From: Candidatus Binatia bacterium | GTDB lineage: Bacteria; Desulfobacterota; Binatia; UBA1149; CAITLU01 | DNA: 64,000 bases | Assembly: GCA_047611725.1 (NCBI GenBank) | Contig: JBLFWR010000003.1 | Span: 18,779-82,778, forward strand | Direction of reading: 5' to 3' | Shown here: positions 8,961 to 18,086 of the stretch, one piece after another | Layout: the number at the start of each line of letters is the position of its first letter | How positions within the stretch are numbered: the first letter of the stretch is position 1 | Made by a program: the position numbers and the translations under genes | Notes under the pieces: generated by a model | Database searches by the model: none | What the model saw: only the letters and a program-made list of their open reading frames with translations | Told to the model about the DNA's origin: nothing

Positions 8961-9467
8961 TTAGCGCGGCGGACGATACGGCTTCTTCAGCTTGGGTTCT
9001 ACGCCAGCGTCGATCCATTGCTGGACCCAACCGTTTCCAGCTTCCGGATAGGAGTCGATTCCCGCCAAATACGGTTTGATATCGAAAATCGGCGTGCCAT
9101 CGAGAAGATCAACCCCGTCAACCGTGACAACCCCCGCATCGACATCAACCGACCGCATCGCGACATTGGTCATTCCGATTTGGGAGGGACGATTGGGAGC
9201 ACGGGTTGCGAGCACGCCGCGCCGCGGACCACCGCGTGGGGGTTTTACTCGCGGGGCCCAGCCCGAGCTTCTATCAAAGAGGAAAAGCAGCCAGATTCGC
9301 GCAAACGAATCCAGATCAGCCAGTGCGGGTCGTACGTCAAGATCGATGTCGATGAACCCACGCGCGCCTTCATCATCAGGGGGTTGGTGCGGGGTGTCTT
9401 CCCGGCGGGTCCACGGCGTGCGGATCGTACCGATCGTACGGATTTCAAAATCGTTGCGCTGCGCCAT
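8961..9467 (-). CDS. tRNA methyltransferase TrmO/TsaA (YaeB) family protein
   Basis: IGTIRTPW, SHIWLLFLF and RSP.RPN.IGM motifs typical of the TsaA-like fold. Confidence 0.75.
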   Translation of the reverse strand: MAQRNDFEIRTIGTIRTPWTRREDTPHQPPDDEGARGFIDIDLDVRPALADLDSFARIWLLFLFDRSSGWAPRVKPPRGGPRRGVLATRAPNRPSQIGMTNVAMRSVDVDAGVVTVDGVDLLDGTPIFDIKPYLAGIDSYPEAGNGWVQQWIDAGVEPKLKKPYRPPR

Positions 9468-9666
9468 AGCCTGCCTAATCCCGCATAACCCTGTTCAACT
9501 CGGCCGGATCCAGACGGGTTCCGGGCGGCCATTGATCGCACGACCAATCCCCATTGGCGACCTACTGTCTCCCGCAGCCGCCGCGCAACGGCTCGTTGAC
9601 TCCCCGCCACTACCGACGCAAGCGTGGGCAAGACGGCGCGCAGACCGCGCGGGAAGGAGACAAGAC

Positions 9667-10575
9667 ATGCCGCGTATCCATAGCAACGGAATCGAGTTGG
9701 AATACGACACCTTTGGGAGTCCAAGCGACGAGCCATTGGTTCTCGTCATGGGCTTGGGCGCACAGATGATTTTGTGGGACGAAGCGTTTTGCGCAGAACT
9801 CGTCGAGCGCGGGTTCTTCGTGGTTCGCTTCGACAATCGCGACATCGGCCTGTCCACACATCTTCATGACCTGCCAAGCCCCAACCTGATACAGGTCGTG
9901 GCAGCAGCTTTGACTGGCAGGAAATTCAAGGCTCCCTACCTGCTTCGCGATATGGCGGCCGACACGGCTGGCCTGATCCGCGCGCTCGGTCTGGATTCGG
10001 CTCACGTTGTCGGCGCATCAATGGGTGGAATGATTGCGCAAACGCTTGCGGTCCAACATCCGACGCTAGTTCGATCGCTGACATCGATTATGTCCACACC
10101 GGGTGACGCCGACCTTCCTCGCCCTACTACTCGCGCGCTCACCGCACTGGCACGGCCTATCCCGCGCGCGAGAGACAAAGCGATCGAGCGCACGGTCAAA
10201 CTTTTTCGCACAATTGGAAGCCCGGGCTTTCCGTTTGAAGAAGACCTGGTCCGCGATGTCGCCACTCGTTCTTTCGATCGCTCCTTCGATCGAAAAGGAG
10301 TCGCACGACAAATGGCGGCCATCATCGCCTCGGGCGGACGACGCGCGGTGCTAGCCGCAGTCAATGCACCAACATTGGTCATTCACGGCGACGCCGACCC
10401 ACTAGTGCCACCGCAATGCGGTGTGGCTACGGCCGACGCGATCCGAGAAGCCGAACTCTTGATGATCAACGGAATGGGGCACGATCTGCCCCGTGCAAAA
10501 TGGAAGACCATGATCGATGGCATTGCGGGTCTCACCGAGCGTTACCATAAGGGCAACGCGCAGCGATCTGGCTAA
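9667..10575 (+). CDS. Alpha/beta hydrolase
   Basis: Internal ATG with a GGAAGGAGA ribosome-binding site. HVVGASMGG nucleophile elbow and a C-terminal HGDAD...GHD motif. The upstream 590 nt of the ORF is treated as a non-coding extension. Confidence 0.75.
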   Translation: MPRIHSNGIELEYDTFGSPSDEPLVLVMGLGAQMILWDEAFCAELVERGFFVVRFDNRDIGLSTHLHDLPSPNLIQVVAAALTGRKFKAPYLLRDMAADTAGLIRALGLDSAHVVGASMGGMIAQTLAVQHPTLVRSLTSIMSTPGDADLPRPTTRALTALARPIPRARDKAIERTVKLFRTIGSPGFPFEEDLVRDVATRSFDRSFDRKGVARQMAAIIASGGRRAVLAAVNAPTLVIHGDADPLVPPQCGVATADAIREAELLMINGMGHDLPRAKWKTMIDGIAGLTERYHKGNAQRSG

Positions 10576-10685
10576 ACTTCAGTTCAGAGAACACATAGAA
10601 AAGCGCTCGAGCCTTAAACGAAAACGGGCCGCCCACCAAATGGTGAGCGGCCCAATTTTCTTGCGAAACGTGCTTAGCGATCAGC

Positions 10686-12659
10686 TCAGGGAGCGCAAAC
10701 CACTTCACCTACGCCACAAGGACACACGGTCTCGATCGGACACACAACGGTGCCGTCGTTGTTGTACGGGTCGTTTCCAGCTCCGCCATCCGGATCGAAT
10801 TGGCAGGAACCACTGTCCGGACACTCGACATCCGACGTACAAGTTCCACCAGGGTTCGATCCACCCTGACAGGTATTGACGAGATCGCAGTCACCGCCGT
10901 CACTACAGTCAACGTCGATCCAGCTCGGATCGCCCGCGATCATCGCGTCAACCCAGCTGTCCAGGGTCGGCACACCGTCGGTGGTATCGGTGAAGATCTT
11001 GTCGCTTCCCCATACCGTGTGACGCGAACCCGCGCCCGTGTAAGAGCGGAAGTTATCCGTGGCCGAATTCGCAGCAGAAATGTCACTGACGAAGTCACGC
11101 ATACACGCGCTCCATTCGCAGGTGTTCTGCCACCAGTTCCCCCACTCCGCGATGTCGTTGATATTGGGGAACTTCATCACGTTGTAGAATGCCGACTGGC
11201 CGCCACCGCTACCGTCATACGCGCTTTGGTACTGCGCGAATCGGTGCTGCGGGAACGCCTCTGCAATACGGATCCACATTTCGGGGCTTGAAAGCTCGAC
11301 GGCCGAGTCGACACCCAGAACTTTCGGAAGCACGCTGTCCACGCCCCACTCGGCGATGCTGTTATCCAACCATTCCTGAGTGATAACGCCGGTCCCGGCG
11401 TCGCCGAGAACGTTGTGCGTAACCGAGGGGTAGACAACTTCCATCAAGTTAATTGAGTTCATGATCGCACCGTAAGAGCCGGCGCTCGAACCCGTGGAGA
11501 AAACCTCTTCGGGATCAACAAAACGCTCGCGTGCCCACTTCTCGGCCAAGCGTGCATGTTGAAAACCGCGGTGGAAGGTTAGGCCACCGTTTGGGTAGGT
11601 GGTCGTTCGATTACCCCAGTGCACGTCGCCTGAGCAATACGACACAAACACTACGTGCCAATCTTTGAATTGGTTATCGATGTGCTGTGACGCGTAGCCG
11701 GTACCGGCAATATCGGGATTGTCACCCGCGCCGGTTTCCGCCTTCATCGTGTTGGCGATGTAGCAGGTTCCCGTGCTCCAACATGCGCCACCACCTTGGT
11801 AGTACATGAGAAGCTTGTTCACAGTGCCCTTCTTGTAGTGGAACGAGTAAGGGGTGTCTTTCACGCAGCGGGGCTTTAACAGTAGCTTCTCGTACTGCAC
11901 AGTTGTCTCGCCCCAGCTTTCCTCACCGGAACCTGGCGTACCTTCCACGACGTGGGTGAACACGAACGGTGCGTCGGGCGCGATGACCGTGGAGAGCCGA
12001 ACCCCCTCGACCAAGCCTTCCAGAGCGGCCTGGGCAGAAACAACATCGGGCTGCCCCGCTACGCATTTCGGTTCAGCCTTACCGAACGCCACTGTAAACT
12101 TGTCTTGGGCTTTGACCAGTGAGGCCGCTTTGCGGCTGCGATCGGTATCCTTGACTGGAGCCTTGATGAATTTGGATTCCACTTTGAGAATCCCACCGCA
12201 AAACTTGGCAGCCGCCGAGAACAACCCGGCCCGGCATTTACGATCGTCGGAATCGTTGTTGTCGACCCCGTTGTTGACGGTGTCTGAAATCCCGCCAATC
12301 CCGCCAGCCAGCAGTGCCACTGCCGCCGCCGAGTCGACAGTGGCGAGACTGCAGTCTACGCCTTTCTTCGTAGACCTGGCCTCTTCCTTGGCCCATGTGT
12401 CCGTCAACTTGTCGGCGGCTTTGGCAATCGCCGCGTCGCGGTTGGTTCCGCCGGAATCCTTGGACGGGGCTTTCGCGTACTTTGACCAGGCTTTCAGAGC
12501 GCTTTGGCAATACTTGCTGGCGGCCTTTTGCTTACCAGACACACATTTATTTGTAGGATAGACGCCGGCTTCGGCATCGGTCGTGGTCGCCACCGTAAAG
12601 GCGGCGATCATGGCTACTGCAACAGTTCCTGCGCAGAGCGCAGACGCGGATCGCTTCAT
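10686..12659 (-). CDS. Secreted pectin-acetylesterase/Notum-like (PAE family) esterase with N-terminal Lys/Cys-rich tandem repeats and a Cys-rich C-terminal module
   Basis: Signal peptide. Two repeats of about 75 aa (KC..GK...K[YF]C...LK..SK[YF].KAP.KD...). PAE motifs YQGGGACW, SYCSGD and GSSAGS. C-terminal CSDGGDCDLVNTCQGG...CPCG. Confidence 0.65.
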   Translation of the reverse strand: MKRSASALCAGTVAVAMIAAFTVATTTDAEAGVYPTNKCVSGKQKAASKYCQSALKAWSKYAKAPSKDSGGTNRDAAIAKAADKLTDTWAKEEARSTKKGVDCSLATVDSAAAVALLAGGIGGISDTVNNGVDNNDSDDRKCRAGLFSAAAKFCGGILKVESKFIKAPVKDTDRSRKAASLVKAQDKFTVAFGKAEPKCVAGQPDVVSAQAALEGLVEGVRLSTVIAPDAPFVFTHVVEGTPGSGEESWGETTVQYEKLLLKPRCVKDTPYSFHYKKGTVNKLLMYYQGGGACWSTGTCYIANTMKAETGAGDNPDIAGTGYASQHIDNQFKDWHVVFVSYCSGDVHWGNRTTTYPNGGLTFHRGFQHARLAEKWARERFVDPEEVFSTGSSAGSYGAIMNSINLMEVVYPSVTHNVLGDAGTGVITQEWLDNSIAEWGVDSVLPKVLGVDSAVELSSPEMWIRIAEAFPQHRFAQYQSAYDGSGGGQSAFYNVMKFPNINDIAEWGNWWQNTCEWSACMRDFVSDISAANSATDNFRSYTGAGSRHTVWGSDKIFTDTTDGVPTLDSWVDAMIAGDPSWIDVDCSDGGDCDLVNTCQGGSNPGGTCTSDVECPDSGSCQFDPDGGAGNDPYNNDGTVVCPIETVCPCGVGEVVCAP

Positions 12660-12896
12660 ATGGTTCTCCCCAAGTTGAAATCCATCCCTCCAGCCAGAAG
12701 GCAGTGGCGTGACTGCGCCCCTGGGCGCACCGCGTCAAAAGTAAGGGTTCGGATCGTCGATCAATAGTAAGTTTGGAGCGTACGGATCTGTCAGTAGTAA
12801 AGTCAAGGTAGCGCCGGACTCAAAGGGTTCTGGCGCGTAAACAGTCGGCACCTACCTCGCCACCCCGCTTCCCCTCGACAGTCACGCCGTACCTTA

Positions 12897-12912
12897 CTAG
12901 AACACGTTCTAG
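12897..12912. promoter_or_regulatory. Inverted repeat ctagaac-ac-gttctag upstream of the amidohydrolase gene (candidate operator)
   Basis: A 7-2-7 inverted repeat about 60 nt before ATG 12972. Confidence 0.3.
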
Positions 12913-12971
12913 TCCGCCGCCAACGACGGACCATGTTGCGCATCTTGCCAACGAACGTCGAGGAAATAGCC

Positions 12972-14171
12972 ATGTCTTCCGCCCCTTACGCCATCGTCAC
13001 GTCTGATGCCCATGCTGGAGCCAGTATCGTGGCTTACCGCGATTACCTCGATCAGAAACATCAGCGAATCTTCGATGAACGGCGCGGCACCTACGCCAAC
13101 CCGCAGCGCAAACACATCGGTTCGAAAAAACACAAGAATTGGGACGACGCCGAACGTCTAGCCGACATGGATCGTGAGGGGGTAGCTGGGGAAATCATCT
13201 ACCCCAACACCGTGCCCCCGTTTTTCCGCACCTCGGTTCTAATTTGCGGCAACCCGAGCACCGAGAACTACCCACTTTGGTTGGAGGGAATTCGCGCCCA
13301 TAACCGCTGGCTCCTGGATTTTCAGAACCAGCATCCCGACCGTCGAGCCGGTGTCGGCATCGTCTACCTGAACGATATCGACGAGGCGATAAAAGACGTG
13401 GAATGGATCGCGAAGAACGGGCTCAAGGGCGGCATCTTGCTGCCCCAGGTCCCAGACGACTGTACCCATATTCTTCCGCTGTACTCGCCCGAGTACGATC
13501 GTTTTTGGAAGGTCTGCGAAGATACCGGCGTCGTGCTCAACCATCATGGCGGCACCGGCTCTCCCGACTACGGGCGGTATCCGATTTCTTTGCCGATCCG
13601 GATGCTTGAGACCCCGTTCTTTTCAACACGTAGCTTTGCTCACCTTTTACTTGGCGGTGTATTCCATCGCTTCCCCAAGTTGCGTTACATCGTGACCGAA
13701 GCGGGTTGCGGCTGGGTTCCACAGGCGCTGGAGCAAATTGATCGGGTCTGGGGGTTCGTCAAGCAGGGGTTTGTCGGCGAGTTCCAGTTCGACGCGGATT
13801 CAATTACTCCCGAGTCGCCAAGCTTCTACGCCAAGCGCAACGTGTGGTACGGCGCCAGCGCAGCATCACCGTCAGAGATACGCGACCGTCACGCGGTCGG
13901 CGTGGATAGGATTTGCTGGGGCAGTGACTATCCGCACTACGAAGGGACGTATCCGCATACACGCCTGTCTTTGCGGCACACGTTCAATGACGTACCAGAA
14001 GAAGAAACCCGTTCGATGCTGGGAACCAATGCGGCGAAGCTCTACGGCTTTGATCTGGAAAAACTCGCGCCGCTTGTCGCACGGATCGGCCCCGTTCCGT
14101 GTGACGTTAGCGTGCCGTTAGCCCCCGGAGAGATCCCCACTGACACCATGTCCATGGCCTTCTCGCGTTGA
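12972..14171 (+). CDS. Amidohydrolase family protein (amidohydrolase_2 / ACMSD-like)
   Basis: GAGGAAA ribosome-binding site plus ATG. Metal-dependent hydrolase TIM-barrel motifs (ICWGSDYPH). Confidence 0.75.
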   Translation: MSSAPYAIVTSDAHAGASIVAYRDYLDQKHQRIFDERRGTYANPQRKHIGSKKHKNWDDAERLADMDREGVAGEIIYPNTVPPFFRTSVLICGNPSTENYPLWLEGIRAHNRWLLDFQNQHPDRRAGVGIVYLNDIDEAIKDVEWIAKNGLKGGILLPQVPDDCTHILPLYSPEYDRFWKVCEDTGVVLNHHGGTGSPDYGRYPISLPIRMLETPFFSTRSFAHLLLGGVFHRFPKLRYIVTEAGCGWVPQALEQIDRVWGFVKQGFVGEFQFDADSITPESPSFYAKRNVWYGASAASPSEIRDRHAVGVDRICWGSDYPHYEGTYPHTRLSLRHTFNDVPEEETRSMLGTNAAKLYGFDLEKLAPLVARIGPVPCDVSVPLAPGEIPTDTMSMAFSR

Positions 14172-15842
14172 CGCGTCGAAGGCCTGCGCGCGTTCATCCG
14201 TAGGCCACGGTTGCCATTGGCGCATGCGCGAAATCTCGACTTGGCCTCGGTCAAGTTCGCCGCGTACCGCGTCGTAAATAACCCAGGCCATCGAGCGTCC
14301 GGCCATCGGTTGCGATTCCACCGTAACCACGCGTAGCTCGCCTTCTTCGAAATCACACTGCTCTTGAATCGCGCGTAGAAGCTGCGGCCCATGCAGGTGA
14401 CCGTCGCCGAAGTTCCAGCCAAGCGCCAGACCCGCGATCAACTCACCGTCCATCCATTCATACGCTTCGATATCGTCGACGGCTTTCGGAATGGCCTCGT
14501 GCAGCACGCGCCCCTGCAAATGCAGTAATCTAAACGTGGGCGTCATCATCATCGCCGCGTCAACCTCATCTTCGTTGTCGATGAGACGAGCCAACTGATC
14601 CCGCATCAGGGGAGCCACCTTTACGAGGCGGTCGAGTTTTCGAATGCTATCGCCGCGAAACAGCCACACGCTGTACGCCCAATTTCCGGCGTAGTAGCGC
14701 ATCGCCATGAGGAAAGAGACACGCGAAGGCACAAAGTTTCCAAACAGCGGAACGGCGAAGAGCATCGCGAACAGGAACACTCCAAGAACCGGGGCTTGGG
14801 TTATGGCTGCAATGCTCGCCTCAGCGTGACGGCCGAAAAGAAACGCACCACCGAAAACCATCGCTACGTTCCATTCTATCGGCATCCCCATGGGTAGGTT
14901 GCCCGCAATGAAGCAGTGAAACGAAATCATGACGGCCAGGGCAACAAATGTAACTGTCCCGCCATTGCCTGCGAGCAAAACAAGCGGGAACCCGTACTCG
15001 ACCAAAGTTCCCATGTGGGCCAAACCTTCAGCGACCCGCGAGGGCCTCAAGTCGTTCGGGTACCCCTCATAGAGCGCTTCGCGTAGCCGCTGCGGCACGA
15101 ACGGACTGTTCGTGAGCATCACGCAAATCACCGACGGGAAGTGAGAGTTCAGTTTCGACGTCGCGGCCCAGAACCAGATTGCAAGCCACACCAGCTTGCA
15201 GCCCGCGATCCAAACGCCGCTCGTAGGCGCAAATGCCAGACACACTGCCGCAACCCAATAGTGTTCGGAACGAGCAGCCAAAAAGATCGTCTTGTCGGTC
15301 AACCCCAATATCGGAACGAGCACCGCGATCGGCACCACCAGGGCGCTCGTGATTTCTGGTGCAACCAAAGCGCGAAGAATCAAAACTAGCGTGGCCGCGT
15401 AAAGCGCGACATCAAGCGGCGTTCGGCGAATCCCACCGAATACGGGTAGTCCCGGAACGAGCGCGAGCTTCGTCGTTCCTGGCCGCAAAAAATGCAGCGC
15501 GCCGCCAATGGGCGGAATAAAGCGCCCTGTCAGCGGCCCCGTCGAACAACCCAGCCCAAAGCCCTCGTAGAACAGTGACCAAAGCACCGCCTTCTGAAAC
15601 GCCGTCGCCGTTAGAGCCCATCCTGGAAACGTGGTGATCGATCCGAACCCCGGGGTCAGTGAGCAGAAAAACCACCACCCACCGACGTACAGAAAAGAGA
15701 TTTTGAAAATATAGAGGGCGTAAACGGCCGGTGGCGTAGCGGTGGTCCGAAACAGCCATGTGCGGCACAACAATCGGATACGTTCGGTGAACGGGGCCGC
15801 GCGCAGGCGGGCGATATCGTAGGGAGGCAGATCGTCGTGCAT
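14118..15842 (-). CDS. Polytopic membrane protein, probably DUF3556 family
   Basis: About 10 predicted transmembrane segments followed by a soluble C-terminal domain. The length and layout resemble DUF3556. It converges on the amidohydrolase gene with a 54-nt overlap. Confidence 0.5.
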   Translation of the reverse strand: MHDDLPPYDIARLRAAPFTERIRLLCRTWLFRTTATPPAVYALYIFKISFLYVGGWWFFCSLTPGFGSITTFPGWALTATAFQKAVLWSLFYEGFGLGCSTGPLTGRFIPPIGGALHFLRPGTTKLALVPGLPVFGGIRRTPLDVALYAATLVLILRALVAPEITSALVVPIAVLVPILGLTDKTIFLAARSEHYWVAAVCLAFAPTSGVWIAGCKLVWLAIWFWAATSKLNSHFPSVICVMLTNSPFVPQRLREALYEGYPNDLRPSRVAEGLAHMGTLVEYGFPLVLLAGNGGTVTFVALAVMISFHCFIAGNLPMGMPIEWNVAMVFGGAFLFGRHAEASIAAITQAPVLGVFLFAMLFAVPLFGNFVPSRVSFLMAMRYYAGNWAYSVWLFRGDSIRKLDRLVKVAPLMRDQLARLIDNEDEVDAAMMMTPTFRLLHLQGRVLHEAIPKAVDDIEAYEWMDGELIAGLALGWNFGDGHLHGPQLLRAIQEQCDFEEGELRVVTVESQPMAGRSMAWVIYDAVRGELDRGQVEISRMRQWQPWPTDERAQAFDASTREGHGHGVSGDLSGG

Positions 15843-16097
15843 AGTTTTCCAAGCGACTCGCGCACTGGCCAGTTAGCGCGAGTCTCGCGACGACGCCAAC
15901 GCCGCCCGGCCAGGTTCGCTTTATAGTCGTCGCCAGCCACCGGCTGCCACCCACAGCAGCACTTCCGCCCCGCTTTCTCGGAATGCTAAAGCGACCCTTG
16001 GCGTTGCGATTAAATGCCGACGGCGCGAACATCGCCGACGCGGCTCGCCCCTTGCAGAGAACGCCCAACCTCAGCCGCAAGCAGAATCAGGAGCCTC

Positions 16098-16859
16098 ATG
16101 ACTTTCAAACAACGCCCGACCAGTTTCAAAATCGCCGCTTTTCTCTTGCCTCTTTCGTTCGTGCTCTATGTGAGCAGCCTGACCATGCGCGTGGCCAGCG
16201 TCGAGGGTCGGGTCGATCTGGATGCGGCCGGCATTCAGCAGGCCCTTGTTGCCGATTTTGAGAAAAACCTTCCGGTCAAGGCGATCACCGCCGAAGTCTC
16301 CGGGATGATTTTCGAGGTCATCAAAGAGCGCTTCCCGGTATTCGCCAACGACAACACGTTCAGGATGATCAACGAAAGCGTGACATCGCAGGTCACGACG
16401 CGCGGTCCGAAAATTCTGACTAGCATGATGCCGCAACTCGACATTCCGGCGCCTGAACCCGACATTCGCGAAGTACGACTGTTGCAGACAATCCGCGACC
16501 TTTGGGAAATCGATGATGTATTTTTGGCCACCTGCATCACCCTATTCACCGTCGTCTTCCCAATCTCGAAGTACATAGCGCTTGCGTGGCTGACCTTCGG
16601 GGCGGCGGCCACAACCTCGCGCAAGCGCGTGTTGTCGTGGCTAAAGTCGTGGGGGCAATGGTCGATGGGCGACGTGTTCGTCGTTGCCTTCATGGTCGTG
16701 TTTTTGAAGATCAACACGAGTGTGGTCAGCAGCTCGACTCTGGCAGAAATCCGCGTCCGGGTAGCCGTAGAGTCCGGGATGTACCTGTTCGCCGCTTCAG
16801 TGATGCTGGCGATGATTTGTTCGATGCTGCTGTCGGCCAGTGAGCCATCCGATGCGTGA
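16098..16859 (+). CDS. PqiA-like (paraquat-inducible protein A family) integral membrane protein, single domain
   Basis: WSMGDVFVVAFMVVFLK matches the conserved PqiA WSMLDVF motif. Transmembrane helices present. Internal ATG start. Confidence 0.55.
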   Translation: MTFKQRPTSFKIAAFLLPLSFVLYVSSLTMRVASVEGRVDLDAAGIQQALVADFEKNLPVKAITAEVSGMIFEVIKERFPVFANDNTFRMINESVTSQVTTRGPKILTSMMPQLDIPAPEPDIREVRLLQTIRDLWEIDDVFLATCITLFTVVFPISKYIALAWLTFGAAATTSRKRVLSWLKSWGQWSMGDVFVVAFMVVFLKINTSVVSSSTLAEIRVRVAVESGMYLFAASVMLAMICSMLLSASEPSDA

Positions 16860-16886
16860 CACGGCAGTGACACGGCAACTTCAGGA

Positions 16887-18086
16887 CTAGTCCAAAAAGT
16901 CTCCATCCTTTAACCGCTGGGGTACATACTTTTCGGTAACGTAGGAAATATCCTTTGAGATCAGCGCTTCGACTTCCAGCTTGAAGCCGTTCTTGAGCAT
17001 CAACTGGATTTCGCGCTGCCACTCCCGCTTGTTGGCGAACCACGGGTAAGCCGCGATCTGCTTCGCGCGTTTAATGTCGTTGTCGTTGAGGTCAATCGTT
17101 ACCGACGGAGTTAACTCGCAGGCAGTGTAGTCCTTGCTGCGAAGACCGATGAAGCGGGCATCGGGAATCGCCATACGCTGCGATTCATAGGCCAAATTAA
17201 TCGACCCCTGCTTGAGCACCGAATAGATGTAGTACCCCCAAGGGTCGTTATCGAGCAGGCAATACACCGGTAGTTTCAGCTCGTTGTGCAAGCGGTACAG
17301 CATGCGGCGCACCCCGCGCGGAGGTTGGCCACCACCGTGGGTAAGAATGCACTTGTGGGTGCGCCAAAACTTATCTTCGTTAAAGCGCTGCCAAACAGTG
17401 TCCTTTTCGACGTGCAAGACGAACTTCGCATCGCAGCGCCCAAACTCGATCACGTCGGGCTCCACGATCGATGGAATCCCATAGCCGCCCGATCCCATAT
17501 GTGCACAGTCAATTACGTCGCCATTGTCGGTCAACGTAATTTCACCGACCATGTCGCCCTTCTTCTGAGCGTAGAGATGCAACTGTTCGCGCAGGGCGTT
17601 TAGGGTGACTTCAATGTCCTCAATGATCGGATCGCAATCACCCTGGTCATCGAACGTCTCTTCCTTGGTGCCCGGGATGGTGTGCTTGAGAAGATAGTAC
17701 AGACCACGAATCGATGTGGTCTTGCCCTCGTCAATCAGCTGCTTGCAGCCCGAGCCGACCAGCACCGACTGCATGTAGCTCTTGGCCTGCGAGAGATTGA
17801 ACAACTCGCGCCGATTGGTGCCTGTGCCCATTTCGATGAAGCGCTTGCGCTTGTTGTAACTTACGTTGGACAAGGAGCGAGAAGGAATCTCCAAGTGCGG
17901 CGTGCGGCGTTTGGAGGCCGCGGTGACCACGGAATCGGCCAAGCCTCTTAGTGACGCAAGCGTGCGTTGATCGACCTCGTTCCGCGCAGCGGCCAGTGCC
18001 GCGTTCTTGGCCGCTCGTGCAGCCTCCGCCTTGGCCGCAGCTTTCGTCGAGCCAGTTTTTTTCTTGCCGGTCGCCATCGAAATCAC
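16887..18086 (-). CDS. top6A: DNA topoisomerase VI subunit A (Spo11/Top6A family)
   Basis: Toprim and CAP motifs FVLHVEKD, LLDNDPWGYYIYSV and SINLAYESQRMAIPDARFIGL align closely with archaeal Top6A. The start overlaps the top6B stop by 4 nt. Confidence 0.9.
   Translation of the reverse strand: MISMATGKKKTGSTKAAAKAEAARAAKNAALAAARNEVDQRTLASLRGLADSVVTAASKRRTPHLEIPSRSLSNVSYNKRKRFIEMGTGTNRRELFNLSQAKSYMQSVLVGSGCKQLIDEGKTTSIRGLYYLLKHTIPGTKEETFDDQGDCDPIIEDIEVTLNALREQLHLYAQKKGDMVGEITLTDNGDVIDCAHMGSGGYGIPSIVEPDVIEFGRCDAKFVLHVEKDTVWQRFNEDKFWRTHKCILTHGGGQPPRGVRRMLYRLHNELKLPVYCLLDNDPWGYYIYSVLKQGSINLAYESQRMAIPDARFIGLRSKDYTACELTPSVTIDLNDNDIKRAKQIAAYPWFANKREWQREIQLMLKNGFKLEVEALISKDISYVTEKYVPQRLKDGDFLD

Noticed and set aside
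9076-9666. N-terminal 197 codons of ORF 9076..10575, and the antisense ORFs 8925..9488 and 9245..9736
   Set aside because: The extension is Ser/Arg/Pro-rich nonsense that overlaps the well-supported TrmO gene on the other strand. An internal ATG at 9667 with a GGAAGGAGA ribosome-binding site starts a normal alpha/beta hydrolase.
12660-12971. 300-nt intergenic region between the esterase and amidohydrolase genes, checked for a small RNA or tRNA
   Set aside because: No cloverleaf-like or terminator-like structure was recognisable. Only the 7-2-7 inverted repeat, listed as a feature, stands out.
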